This document shows, in pieces, positions 45,456 through 58,180 of a stretch of DNA of 64,000 nt; the first letter of the stretch is position 1; each line of letters opens with the position of its first letter. The stretch is from Mustelus asterias (lineage: Eukaryota), in the NCBI RefSeq assembly GCF_964213995.1, contig NC_135807.1, forward strand, positions 115,134,001 through 115,198,000, given 5' to 3'. Below the pieces are notes generated by a model. The model worked only from the letters and a program-made list of their open reading frames with translations. It made no database searches and had not been told where the DNA came from. The position numbers and the translations under genes are program-made.

Positions 45456-45835
45456 TCTTGTCTCTCCTGCAACTGGAAACATTGGGTTAGATTTTTCTGT
45501 CCCCAACTCTATGTTTTGCAGCGACGGAGAGGCCTGCGATTAACCGGCAGCTGGATCTTCTGGTCCTGGCGCTGTTAGTGGGGTCTCATTGTTTGCGCCC
45601 TCTGCTGCTGGGTTCAGTTCTGTTATCACTCTAGTCAATTCCTTCTGCACCTTCTCTGGTGACTTTATATATTTTTTTGGAGACCAAAGCTGGGAACAAT
45701 ATCCAAGTGTGGTCCAGCTAAGATTTAAACAAGTATAAATAACTCAGAAAGTTGCCCCAATTTTACTGTCAAAATTACGGCAAGGCTAATAACTGCTCAC
45801 AATTGGTTATGCGCAGGAGGTAATAGGTGTAGGGT

Positions 45836-46140
45836 GGCTCGTTGGCACAGTGGTTAGCACTGCTGCCTCACAGCATCAGGGATCCGGGTTCAATTTCCGG
45901 CTTGGGTCACTGTCTGTGCTGAGTCTACACACTCTCCCCGTGTCTAAGTGGGTTTCCACCGGGAGCTCCGGTTTCCTCCCACAGTCTGAAAGACGTGCTG
46001 GTTAGGTGCATTGGCTATGCTAATTTCTCCCTCAGTGTACCCGAACAGGCGCTGGAGTGTGGCGACTAGGGGGTTTTCACAGTAATGTTCATTGTAATGT
46101 TAATGTAAGCCTACTTGCAACTAATAAATAAACTTTAAAT
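45836..46140 (+). mobile_element. SINE type B
   Basis: Colinear with 42053-42325. Confidence 0.8.
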
Positions 46141-46305
46141 TTTTAAATGGAAACCAAAAAGTTACTATCAGAGATGTGGGGTGGGATTTTATGGCCTCAC
46201 TCATGTGAGACCGGAAATTTCCACCTGAGGTCAACAGACATTTCTGTTGTCCATCCCTCGCCCATTCCGATTCCAGCTCCTGGATCTCCTGCTCATTTTC
46301 ATCGA

Positions 46306-46514
46306 GTTAAAGTCCAACAGGTTTATTTGGTAGCAAATACCATAAGCTTTCGGAGCACTGCTCCTTCGTCAGATGGAATTTCCACTCCATCTGACGAGGG
46401 AGCAGTGCTCCGAAAGCTTATGGTATTTACTACCAAATAAACCTGTTGGACATTAGCCTGGTGTTGTGAGACTTCTTACTGTGTTCACCCCAGTCCAACG
46501 CCGGCATCTCCACA
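46306..46514. mobile_element. 209-bp non-coding Penelope-derived palindrome carrying two back-to-back hammerheads
   Basis: 13-bp TSD TCATTTTCATCGA (46293-46305/46515-46527); the arms are inverted around 46377-46386. Confidence 0.9.
46387..46423 (+). ncRNA. Minimal hammerhead ribozyme motif (second copy on - at 46340-46376)
   Basis: CCAU-CUGACGA-G-GGAGC-AGU-GCUCC-GAAA-GC-UU-AUGG. Confidence 0.8.
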
Positions 46515-47109
46515 TCATTTTCATCGAACCAGGTGTAGGAAAGTTGATTAGATCATCAAGGATTTAAAGAGGAACTCAACTGCCTGCCTTCAATTCAGTG
46601 AATTCAACTAAGGAGCTGCCACCTCTAAACACCTATAGAGGACAAGAGCAGCTCCCTGCCAGCTTAGAATATCTCTTAACAGAACTCTCCATCTACCTAG
46701 CGAAGGGTACCAAAATCAGAAAGAGCTTACAGGTAGCGGAATTGACAGCAGTACTCCAAAGGTTTTTCCAAAGCCAAGGTTGTATATTTTTTGAGAGTGA
46801 CTAAATTTCTGGGGGGGTTTTGGGTGATGAATAGACTTTGTACTTATTTGAACAGCATTCCAGAAGTATTTTACTTTAATCCATATGTTACTTGTTTAGT
46901 TAAAGTTCCCGATTGGTTAAATAAATAACTTGTTTATTGTCCACTTAAAGCGAGCGTCAGGTAAATCTTTTGTTTAACCTCTAAACATTAATGAAGAACA
47001 GTTAACACCTTCCCAAACACTTTAAACAGATTACGAAGTGAGGCATTCCTCTTTGGGGAATTTGGCGTGGGTTCTCAAAAAGGGGATCAACTTCTGTGTC
47101 GTAGCAGCA

Positions 47110-47420
47110 AGCATCTCTTCAGAGGTGCTGATTATGGCAGCCTTGAACACAGGCCAGACACTGTGAACAGTCTGTGTCTCTCTGTTATGGGGAGTTTCAA
47201 GTTGGCAGTGAAGCGCTGGCTGAATAGGGCTCTCTTATGAGGGCCTTTGAGTGCCTCAGGGTTGATTTTCCTGCGACATTATTTCTGTTGCTATCGCTGC
47301 TTTGGGGATGCTTTGATGTTGATCACAGAGCGGATTAGATGGTTGTCCATCCAGAAGTCATCAGTTCCTGTCATGGCACAGGTGATACAGCTCGTTCGGA
47401 TAATGAGATAGTTGAGCAAG
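47110..47420 (-). mobile_element. RTE-clade LINE fragment (end of the APE domain)
   Basis: The - strand gives LLNYLIIR...ITCAMTGTDDFWMDNHLIRSVI. Confidence 0.65.
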
Positions 47421-47971
47421 AAGAAGAAGGAGAAACGGAGTTCAAAAATTCATAGTTTTTACTCTTGATTAGTTTAAAGGATCTGGATAATTGACACTTT
47501 TATTATCAAGTCTATCAAGCCTGTTTCCATGCTGTAAACCTCTATGACTCTATGACTCTATAAGTAGTAAATTGTTTTTTTTCCAACATAGGGCAAGGTT
47601 CCGAATGAATTACTTTTTTAAAAGCTTTTTATAATACATAACACTTTGCACTATGGGGTTAATTATTCTGCACAGTGTATTGTGGGTCACTGTACATGTA
47701 AGTGCCATAGTTAGGCATAGGGGGTACAGTGGCCATAGGAGCTTTGTTGAAGGACAGAGCATGGCATAGGGGTCATGAGGGGTATAGGTGTAGATGGGAG
47801 CATGAGGTGGCATGGATGGGGCAAGGGGAGTATTTGGAGGGTGAGTGATGGAGTCTTTATGTTTTCATCACAACTAAAACTATGCTAGATTTGACATAGA
47901 AGAGTGCATATGTTAGAATAGTGAAATCAAAGTCCTTGCAATGTAAATTTTACAATCCTTCATATGATTGG

Positions 47972-48269
47972 TGATGCGCGATATAACACACGAGAGGCGT
48001 GATGTACTCGGGAAATAAAGGCTTTTATTGCCAACAATAACAGAGCTACCATATACAGTACACAATCCCAGACTAAAGGGTCACCAGGCAGAGCAGTGAC
48101 CTTTATACCTCTCCCAGGAGGCGGAGCCGACTGGGGTGTACCATAACAACTATATTAACAGGTAGAACAGCCCAACCCTAACCCCAACAGTAACATATAT
48201 ACAGACTCATAGTACTGGCCAGACCATGGCTCAGCACTACCTGGTGGGAACCAACAATGGTTCACCACA
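47972..48269 (-). mobile_element. Solo LTR (298 bp)
   Basis: TG...CA termini, 5-bp TSD ATTGG (47967-47971/48270-48274), and TATAAA and AATAAA on the - strand. Confidence 0.85.
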
Positions 48270-49847
48270 ATTGGTTAAGGATATACTTGATTAGTTGCTT
48301 GCCCAACCTTACACCAACCTCAAATGCTCCATAGGGAGCACTATACTGTTCCCATCTCACATTTCCAGCAACTTGTAATGCAAGATATCTTAATTAAATG
48401 GACAAGGAGAAGTCTATATTCTGTTGATGAGTTGCAGTAAATTCTGGGCCAATGCATTTGTTATTGAGGGAGGCAACATTTCTTTCCATCCCAGCTTGCA
48501 TGGTAATAACTTTTTAATCTGGGTTACTTCTTCTGCCCTTCCTGACAGTATTAAAGTCGACCAATCAGTTGAAGGTTGGTGGTTCACTAGAAATTGGCCT
48601 TTGCCCAAAATATAATAGCAGATCTTCAAGTGCTTGTTGTGTCTCCAAAAGCAGATATAAGTTTGCTCCAATTTCAGCCAATTTCACTCGAGCAAGTCCT
48701 GCAGGAGGTGGGTTGAGGTGGGTAGGGTTGGCATCACATAAAGAACAGGAGAAAGAGCCATTCTGCTTCCCCTGGCTCCATGCCACATGCGTGTGAAAGT
48801 GAATAAAATTAAAACCAAAGTTTTGGACGGTCTCCAGCGATCCCTTTAGGTTTTGTGGTTCAGGCTACATGTAGGACTAATAATTTTCAGGATCATCCAA
48901 ACTCTGGGAGAATCCTTAAATCGATATTAGGCTCCTCATTAACTTTGGCCAATGCCCATGTTCTGTGGTTACTCGGGACACCTGGAAAACTGCCAGGAAT
49001 GAAGATATAGATTGAGTATCGATTCTATTCAAACACCAACCGAGAGATTCAACAGACTTGAGTCACATGTCAGGCTGTTAGATTTTCTTTTAAGAAGAAG
49101 GCTAGCGACCATGCTGCGTTTTACAGAGATCCTTGTTCTTATTTTATGGATCTATTGATATCCTGATGTTATCTCACAAATCCACAGATTTATTAAGCTG
49201 GAATTTAAACTCGGAACCATAGCTGGTACAACAACAATTTCCCAGTAGAAAAAACAAAGTACTGCAGAGGCTGGGAATCTGGAACGAAACAGAAAATATT
49301 GGAAGTAGTTTGTGGGTCAGGCAGAATCAGTGGAGAGAAAAAAGAGGCTGAATTTTCTGGCTCTTCCTGCTGGCGGGATCTTCCAGTCCCGCCAACAGCA
49401 GCACCCGGCGGCAGGCTCCATGGCACCGTGGCTGGTGAACAATGCACAATGCCATTGATATTGGTGAGACCGGATGATCAATGGTGAGCCACCTCCACTG
49501 CCAGAAAATACGCTGCGACAGAGGTCAGAGGAGGGGCATGGTTGTTGGCTCTGACATATTCAGCAGACACATCAATCACAGTGAAAATTAGTCACCATCA
49601 TTCTGCCCTCTCTTTTCCAGGACAAGGAAGCTCACAATAAAAAGGCTAAAAGATGAAACAATAGTAGTTATGCCGTCATCCCCTGAACCTACAGGGAACT
49701 AACTGATGGTGTAACAGGACCTGTAGTGTCATCAAGAGCATGTGGGGTAACGGTACGTGATTACTTTATGCCCCTTCTCACACCCATCAGCTCACCTTCA
49801 TCCTGCTCACCAATCGACCAGTGCTCTTTCTGTTACCTTTCTGTCAG

Positions 49848-50530
49848 GATGTGGAGATGCCGGCGTTGGACTGGGGTAAACACAGTAAGAAGTCTCACAA
49901 CACCAGATTAAAGTCCAACAGGTTTATTTGGTAGCAAAAGCCACTAGGTTTCAGAGTGCTGCTCCTTCATCAGGTAAGTGGGAGTTCTGTTCACAAACAG
50001 GGCATATAAAGACACAAACTCAATTTACAAAATAATGGTTGGAATGCGAGTCTTTACAGGTAATCAAGTCTTAAAGGTACAGACAATGTGAGTGGAGAGA
50101 GCGTTCTCCAAGGCGGCCTTCACGACACACGACAACGCAGAGTCGCTGAGCAGAGACTAATAGCCAAGTTCCGCACACATGAGGACGGCCTCCACTGGGA
50201 TCTTGGGTTCATGTCACACTATCTGTAACCCCCACGACTTGCCTGGGCTTGCAAAATCTCACTAACTGTCCTGTCTGGAGACAATACACATCTCTTTAAC
50301 CTGTGCATAACGCTCTCTCCACTCACATTGTCTGTACCTTTAAGACTTGATTAGCTGTAAAGACTCGCATTCCAACCATTATTTTGTAAATTGAGTTTGT
50401 CTTTATATGCCCTGTTTGTGAACAGAACTCCCACTTACCTGACGAAGGAGCCGCGCTCCGAAAGCAAGTGACTTTTGCGACCAAATAAACCTGTTGGACT
50501 TTAACCTGGTGTTGTGAGGCTTCTTACTAT
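49848..50530. mobile_element. Penelope 3'-end palindrome (subfamily variant) with hammerhead motifs at 49942-49980 (-) and 50432-50470 (+)
   Basis: 11-bp TSD CTTTCTGTCAG (49837-49847/50531-50541), junction microhomology AGCGTT (50100-50105), and GIY-YIG C-terminal codons at 50101-50227. Confidence 0.9.
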
Positions 50531-51254
50531 CTTTCTGTCAGCCCAGACCACTTCCACCAATGGCATGGTGGTCCAGTCTTAAGCTGAGCCCTCAAGGCCG
50601 AAAGCTTCTTGAGGGCATTGTGCAAGGCAAACTTTCTCCACAAGTGAAAGTTGGCAGCTTTCCATCAACCATACTGCAGCAATTGTTGTCACTCTACAGA
50701 GGAGTATCTGGACAGACAGAAACATCTGCAAAACAAGCAGTAGAGGAATGCCCAAGTTTGAACAGATAATTTCTGTTAATATACTGGATGTGTTTTTGGA
50801 GAACAATGTTATAAAATCATGTTTGGCAGTTTTTATTGTGGGATCTTGACTAAGAGAATTTTGTAATGGGGTAAACAGATAGATGGTGAGGTAGGGAATC
50901 TTGGAGCCATGGTAGTGAAGGGAAATAGTTCGATAGAAAGCAGAGTGTGAACAAGCCTTGAAGGAGAGAAAAAGGCTGTCCCAGATGCCCTGCCTCCTCT
51001 TCCTCCTCTCAATCTCCTCCTGCTCTTCCAATTCCAACGGTAGCCTCCAGATTCCTGGTTGCACCCCAAAAATTCCGCATTGTGGAGGATGCAGGAGTTG
51101 ATCACAACCTAAGGTTCAGTATCTACTGTGGTCCAGGTATTCCAAAGTGCTGCTTTAGGATACAGATAGCCTTCTCCCAGATGTTCCTGCGAGCTTTATG
51201 GCTCTTGTTATACACCTTATGTTCTTGCATGGTGGAATGGCAGGGGGCAGTTTT

Positions 51255-52105
51255 TTAAAAATTCATTTGTGGCATGGGTGTCGCTGGCTGCCCAGAATTT
51301 ATTTCCCATCCCTCGCTGCCCTTGAGAAGGTGGTGGTGAGCCGTCCTCTTGAATTGCTGCAGTCCATGTATTGTGGATTGACCCACAGTGGTGTTAGGGA
51401 GGGAATTTCAGGGTTTTGAGCCAGCGACTGCGAAGGAACGGCGATATATTTCCAAGTCAGGATGGTGAGTAGCTTGAAGGGGAACTTGCAGGTGGTGGTG
51501 TTCCAATGTAGCAGCTGCCCTTGTCCTTCTAGATGGGAGTGGTTGTGGCTTTGGAAGGTGCTGTCTGAGAATCTTTGGTGAAGTGCTGCAGTGCATCTTG
51601 TAGATAGTACACACTGCTGCTACTGAGCATCAGTGGTGGAGGGAGTGGAAATTTGTAGATGTGATGTCAATCAAGCGGGCTGCTTTGTCCTGGATGGTGT
51701 CAAGCTTCTTGACTGTTGTTGGAGCTGCACCCATCCAAGCCACTGTGTTTATGTGGCGAGTCCAGTTGAGTTTCTGGTCAACGGTAATTCAAAGGATGCT
51801 GAAGTGAGGGATTCAGTGATGGCAGCACCATTAAATGTCAAGGGGTGGTGGTTAGAGTGTCTCTTATTGGTTATGATCATTGCCTGACATTTGTGTGGCG
51901 CAAATGTTACTTATCAATTGTCAGCCCAAGCCTGGATATTGCCCGGAGCTTGTTGCATTTGAACATCGATTGCTTCAGTATCTGAGTTGTTGTTAATGGT
52001 GCTGAACATCATGCAATCATCGGCGAAAATCCCCACTCTGACCTTATGATGGAGGGAAGGTCATTGATGAAGCAGCAGAAGATTGTTGGCCAAGGGCACT
52101 ACCAT
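51255..52105 (-). mobile_element. CR1/L2-group LINE 3' part (same family as 6410-8530)
   Basis: Colinear similarity with 6410-7310. Confidence 0.8.
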
Positions 52106-52694
52106 GAGGGTTTACCCTTTGTCTCGGAGTAGAAACTCTCTGGTTGTTCGTGGAGCTACAAAGACAGTGGTGTTAGCAGATTGCCTCAGAATGAAGGCAT
52201 TATGGCTGCTGTCGGGATGCAACTATTTACTGATGTGTACGATGCATTGTCACACACCAATTGCATATTATTGGGATGGTAACCTTTGCTTCCTATATCT
52301 CTACCATTGATGTGAGGCACCCTCACAGGATTCAGTTAGTGTCTCCCTGACCCATTGGAAATCCCACTCTCCTGGCAAGTCCATCTGCCCATTCTCCCTA
52401 CTTCTCCCTCTTTAGAGAGAGAATATCTCTTTTAGCATATAGGGTCTCCATCACCACTTGGATGCAATGACAGATGGTGTACTGGGAAATGTTGGATATG
52501 TCACCCATTGACACCTGGAAAGCTCAGGCCACAAAGACGTTTAACAGCATGGTGACATTCACTGGCAGTATGACCTGCATCCTGCTATGAGGCTCTAGTT
52601 TGTGCTAAAGGAGGTGGCAGTTTTCTAACACCCTCCTTGGTAAACTGGAGTCACTCCTGGCTCAAATGATCCACAGCCTGGTAGATTGGATGAA

Positions 52695-54164
52695 CACGTG
52701 TGTCATGAAGGCAGCCTTGGAGAACGCTTACCCAAATATCAGAGGTTGAATGGCCATGACCACTGAAGTGTTCCCCAACAGGAAGAGAACACTCTTGCCT
52801 GGTGATTGTCGAGCGGTATTCATTTATCCGTTGTCGTAGCATCTGCATGGTCTCCCCAATGTACCATGCCTCAGGACATCCTTTCCTGCAGCGTATCAGG
52901 TAGACAACGTTGGCAGAGTTGCAAGTGTATGTACCGTGTACCTGGTGGATGGTGTTCTCATGTGAGATGATGGCATCCATGTCGATGATCCGGCACGTCT
53001 TGCAGAGGTTGCTGTGGCAGGGTTGTGTGGTGTTGTGGCCACTGTTCTCCTGAAGGCTGGGTAGTTTGCTGTGGACAATGGCCTGTTTGAGGTTGTGCGG
53101 TTGTTTGAAGGCAAGAAGTGGGGGTGTGGGGATGACCTTGGCGAGATGTTCGTCTTCATCAATGACATGTTGAAGGCTCCAGAGAAGATGTCGTAGCTTC
53201 TCCACTCCAGGGAAGTACTGGACGACGAAGGGTACTCTGTCCGTTGTGTCCCGTGTTTGTCTTCTGAGGAGGTTGGTGCGGTTTTTCACTGTGGCGCGTT
53301 GGAACTGTCGATCGATGAGTCGAGCGCCATATCCTCTTCTTATGAGGGCATCTTTCAGCGTCTGGAGGTGTCTCTTGCGATCCTCCTCATCTGAGCAGAT
53401 CCTGTGTATACGGAGGGCTTGTCCGTAGGGGATGGCTTCTTTCACATGTTTAGGGTGGAAGCTGGAGAAGTGAAGCATCGTGAGGTTATCCGTGGGCTTG
53501 TGGTACAGTGAAGTGCTGAGGTGACCGTCCTTGATGGAGGTGCGTGTGTCCAAGAATGCAACCGATTCCGGATTCCATCGTATCGGGCAATGGGACCCTG
53601 TGCGAGAACCTCTCCGGCTATGTCGAGGGCATCCTGAAACCCATTGTACAAAGAACCCCCAGCTTTTGTCGCGACACTACGGACTTCCTACAGAAACTCA
53701 GCACACATGGAGCAGTTGAACCAGGAGCACTCCTTGTCACGATGGGTGTCTCGGCACTCTACACCAGCATCCCCCACGATGATGGCATTGCTGCAACTGC
53801 CTCAGTACTCAACGCCGACAACTGCCAATCTCCAGATGCAATTTTACAACTCATCCGCTTCATCCTGGACCACAATGTCTTCACCTTCAACAACCAGTTC
53901 TTCATCCAGACACACGGAACAGCCATGGGGACCAAATTTGGACCTCAATATACCAACATCTTCATGCACAGGTTCGAACAAGACCTCTTCACCGCACAGG
54001 ACCTTCAACCGATACTATACACTAGATACATCGATGACATTTTCTTCCTATGGACTCATGGTGAACAATCACTGAAACAACTATATGATGACATCAACAA
54101 GTTCCATCCCACCATCAGACTCACCATGGACTACTCTCCGGAATCGATTGCATTCTTGGACACA
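52695..54164. mobile_element. Penelope-like element with an internal inversion: RT on + (53575-54164), thumb/GIY-YIG on - (52695-53572)
   Basis: RT motifs GTAMG..F.P.Y.NIFM and YTRYIDDIFFLW; GIY-YIG VVYLIRC..YIGET. A ~28-bp breakpoint sequence is present in both arms. Confidence 0.92.
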
Positions 54165-54169
54165 ATGGG

Positions 54170-54640
54170 CACCACACTTTAGGAAGCATGTGAAGGCATT
54201 AGAGCGGGTGCAGAAAAGATTTACTTGAATGATTCCAGAGATGGGTGTCTTCCTTACAGCAGCAAAGAGGGATTAAACTGAGGTGTTCAAAATCATGAGG
54301 TGCCTGGACAGTGTACATTGTGAGAAACTGTTCCCCTTGACGGAGCCAAAAGGTACAAAGTTTAGTGATTGTTAAATGAATCATAGGCAACATGAGGAAA
54401 ACCTTTTTAACACAGCAAACAATTACGATTTGGAATGCATTGCCTATAAAGGTGGCAGAAGTAGATTCATACGTGGCTTTCAAAAGGGAATTAGATAAAT
54501 TTTTGATGGGAAAAAGATGCAGGGATTAGGGGAAAGAGTGGGAAGTGGAACTAGTTGGATTCTTGCTGACAACCAATATGAACTCAATGGGCTGAATGAC
54601 CTCCTTCTTTCTGTGATCTAACCATTCTATAATTCTAACC
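54170..54640 (+). mobile_element. Old CR1 3' part
   Basis: GCATTAGAGCGGGTGCAGAAAAGATTTAC, TTTGGAATGCATTGCC and an (ATTCTAT)n tail. Confidence 0.7.
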
Positions 54641-55084
54641 TAACAGTGGCTGAGATGCATATCACTGCTGTTATACTCTCAATATATCTTTCACAGTGCT
54701 TTGTGCTGGCAATCTTCTTGTGACGTACAATGGACGGGATTTTATGGCCTTGCTCGACCTGAGACTGGAAAATCCCACCCAAGGGCAACGGACCTTCCCA
54801 TTGCCCACCCCTCGCCTGCTCCAAGTCTCGTGGTGGGTGGGGTGGTAGAATTCCAGCAAATATCTGCAGTAGATACAGACAGTAAAAAGCTCTTTCCTTG
54901 CTCTTACTGTTAGCCATTTGCAAAATGGAATGATTAATTAGCGCTACAGCAAACATTTGGCATCATTATATTATGAAGGATAACACAATACTAAAACCAC
55001 AAATACCGCATTCACATAATTATCCACACTACTCCTTTGACAGAAAGCTACAGGCTGGGTCTTCCAATCAGGATGGGAAACCTT

Positions 55085-55950
55085 GGGCGGAATTTTCCTT
55101 AAAATGGGCAGATTGCTGCAATGAGTGGGAAAAGTGTCGTTGAAGCCTCAATGGAGGCTATATCCTCTGTTTAGTTGGCTGATTGACTAAAAAACTGCAA
55201 GGGGCAGGGCCAGTGGCAGAGCCTACCCTAACATCAACTTCATTTTTTAAAGATCGGGGCACCCATTTTCAAGGCCGAAGCGACAGAAAAAACCCCACTC
55301 AATGCAACACTTCCACCCTGGCAGTGCCTGGGCACTACCCCTTAACACTGCCCCTGGGCAATGTCCCTGTAACTGCTAAGGCACTAGCCCCTGGCATTGC
55401 CTGGGCACTTCCTCTAGCAATTGCCCCTGGCACTGTCTGGGCAGTGCCAGGAGGCAGTGCTGGGGCAGTGCCAGGGAGAGTGCCCAGGGAGCACCAGGGA
55501 GTATTATCCAGGGGCAGTGCCAGGTGGCAGTAATGGGGCGGTGCCGGAAACAGTGCCCAGGGAGTGCCAGGGAGTAGTGGCTGGGCTTGACCCTCTCCCC
55601 TCAGAGTGCTGTACTCACCTGAGCTCCTCTTGCAGGTTCTGCTCGCCAGGTGCACACGGTGGAAGATTCATGTTGGCGTGCCCTCTCACCAACATGAGTG
55701 GATAATATAACGAGGGGGTTTATCATGTGTGGAGGTTAGATAGTCAGGTGCAAATTTATTGTAATGAAGTTCCCAACATTCAACACTGGGATCCCCAATA
55801 TGTCATTGGCTGGGGGAGGGGACAACCACGTTACATCATTACATTGTCATGAAACATGATTTGGCTCTATTGGGGGGGCAAGGTGGGGGGGGGGGGGGGA
55901 AGGAGGTTGCTGACCCCACCCAATGAAAAAAGGAGCAGAAAATCACCCCC
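55085..55950. mobile_element. Probable non-autonomous Harbinger-type element with an internal GGCAGTGCC/GGCACTGCC repeat array (55315-55575)
   Basis: GGGCGGAATTTTC ... GAAAATCACCC imperfect TIRs; no clear TSD. Confidence 0.5.
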
Positions 55951-56774
55951 CCCCCCTCACTCACCCTTGTTTCCCCTGATCAGACAAAAACATGCACATT
56001 TGTCTTCCTCGGATTTTTCTGAGCGATCTTCCATGGGGGGCTCTTCACATCTGACCCAGTGTCACAAACTTTATAGGGAGCAACACAGAGAAACTGTGCA
56101 GAGGCCAATCCCACTTTATATGGCATTGCTGCTGTATTCCAGTGAGGAAAGAGTTTAGATATCCCAAAGCCACTTTGAAAACAGCTACAGAGAGCAGGTA
56201 AATGGGTAAGGTAAGAGAGTCAGGTAGGTGAGGAGGTAGGGTGGGTAGCATACATATATAAGGGGTAGAGTGGGGAAAAGGATAGGGTGGCAGTTGGGTT
56301 GGTGGAAAAGGTGGAAGGTGGGAGATGAGGTGGGTAAAGTGGTAGTCATGAGTAAGTAGGTGGCTTTGGGCTTGTCAGGTCAAGCCGGACAAAAATGGAT
56401 TAGGTGAGGAGGAGGCATTCGGATGGGACTTGGAGGTCAGGGGAGAGGGGAAGCCAGAGGGTGGGTTCTAGACAGGTCAGAGGGGTGGGGGGGAGGAGTC
56501 AGGGATCGGGGGATGTTTGGGATAGCGCTCATCAAGACAGGTCAGGTTAGATTGATCCGGGTTGGGGAAACTGAGGATTCAGGGGCGTGCAATCATAGGG
56601 TTAGCGATTGTTGTTGGGCTGGGGTGGTACTCCAGGATTGTTGTGGGGTTGGGGGGATGGCAGGAGGTGTTGCAGTATCAGTCAATGGAATCAGTTGTAT
56701 CATTACCAAGGAGTTAGACTAGAATTTTTCCGTCTCACATTTTCTGGGTAATTATCTAGGTCAGCAAGTCGGAA

Positions 56775-57235
56775 TCATAAGACGAAAAGACCATAAGATG
56801 TAGGAGCAGAATTGGGCCATTTGGCACATTGAATAGCAGAGCAGATTCAATCATGGCTGATATGATTCTCATTCCCATTCTCCTCATAACCCTTGATCCC
56901 CTTATTGATCAAGAATCGATCTGTCTCTGTCTTAAAGACACTCAATGATCTGGCCTCCACAGCCCTCTGTTGCAATGAGTTTCACAGGTTCGCCACGCTG
57001 TGTGTGGCTGAAGAAATTCCTCCTCATCTCAGTTTTAAAGGAGCATCCTTTCACTCTAAGGTTGTGCCCTTGAGTTCTGGTCTCTCCCACTAGTGGAAAC
57101 ATCCTCGCCACATCCACTCTATCTAGGCCCTCAGTATTCTGTAAGTTTCAATTAGATCCCCCTTCATCCTTCTAAACTCCATCGAGTACAGACCCAGAGT
57201 CCTCAACCACTCGCATGACAAGCCCTTCATCCTGA
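56775..57235 (-). mobile_element. CR1 3' fragment (family of 62-976)
   Basis: MDVARMFPLVGETRTQGHNLRVKG..FKTEMRRNFFS and a CATAAGA-type tail. Confidence 0.85.
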
Positions 57236-57442
57236 ATCATGCAAAATCTCCAACTCAAACTTGGATGCTTTTTGGACAGTCCCAGGAAACAAAGGAACTG
57301 CCCTTCAGAAGTTCAAACTTCCCAGCCTATTCCCACGGAGTGGGACTTCCGAGGGGTCTTGCCGTGCATCTTCTGGGATATGGCTGGTCTCTATCTGGAG
57401 ATTGGAAAATTCCTGGGACTTTCTGCCCCTGCGGTGCAGTAA

Positions 57443-58180
57443 TACAAAGAACAAATAACAGTACAGCACAGGAAACAGGCCCTTCGGCCCTCCAAGCCTG
57501 TGCCGCTCCTTGGTCCAACTAGACCAATCGTTTGTATCCCTCCATTCCCAGGCTGCTCATGTGACTATCCAGGTAAGTCTTAAACGATGTCAGCGTGCCT
57601 GCCTCCACCACCCTACTTGGCAGCGCATTCCAGGCCCCCACCACCCTCTGTGTAAAAAACGTCCCTCTGATGTCTGAGTTATACTTCGCCCCTCTCAGCT
57701 TGAGCCCGTGACCCCTCGTGATCGTCACCTCCGACCTGGGAAAAAGTTTCCCACTGTTCACCCTATCTATACCCTTCATAATCTTGTATACCTCTATTAG
57801 ATCTCCCCTCATTCTCCGTCTTTCCAAGGAGAACAACCCCAGTCTACCCAATCTCTCCTCATAGCTAAGACCCTCCATACCAGGCAACATCCTGGTAAAC
57901 CTTCTCTGCACTCTCTCCAATGCCTCCACGTCCTTCTGGTAGTGCGGCGACCAGAACTGGACGCAGTACTCCAAATGTGGCCTAACCAGAGTTCTATACA
58001 GCTGCATCATCAGACTCCAGCTTTTATACTCTATACCCCGTCCTATAAAAGCAAGCATACCATATGCCTTCTTCACCACCTTCTCCACCTGTGTTGCCAC
58101 CTTCAAGGATTTGTGGACTTGCACACCTAGGTCCCTCTGTGTTTCTATACTGCTGATGACTCTGCCATTTATTGTATAAT
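57443..58180 (-). mobile_element. Young CR1 3' part, near-identical to 32250-32985
   Basis: ORF 57519..58124 differs from 32325..32930 by about one residue. Confidence 0.93.

Larger units (their letters stand above)
49345..52680. mobile_element. Heavily decayed Harbinger (Myb remnant on +, transposase remnant on - at ~50960-52680)
   Basis: The - strand gives LPVNVTMLLNVFVA*AFQVSMGDISNISQYTICHCI, ICILKQHF and SCILHN. The + strand gives TTTTCCAG|DKEAHNKR, resembling Myb exon 2. Confidence 0.6.

Noticed and set aside
46035-46052. CCCGAACAGG in the type-B SINE resembling a tRNA-Lys primer-binding site
   Set aside because: It is only a 10-bp match, not adjacent to an LTR, and not conserved in the 42053 copy.
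46535-47106. Possible additional solo LTR
   Set aside because: The composition is LTR-like and AATAAA is present, but no TSD or convincing termini were found.
56200-56700. G-rich purine-skewed tract with a Gly-rich ORF
   Set aside because: Low-complexity sequence, probably a decayed transposon interior, with no coding signal.
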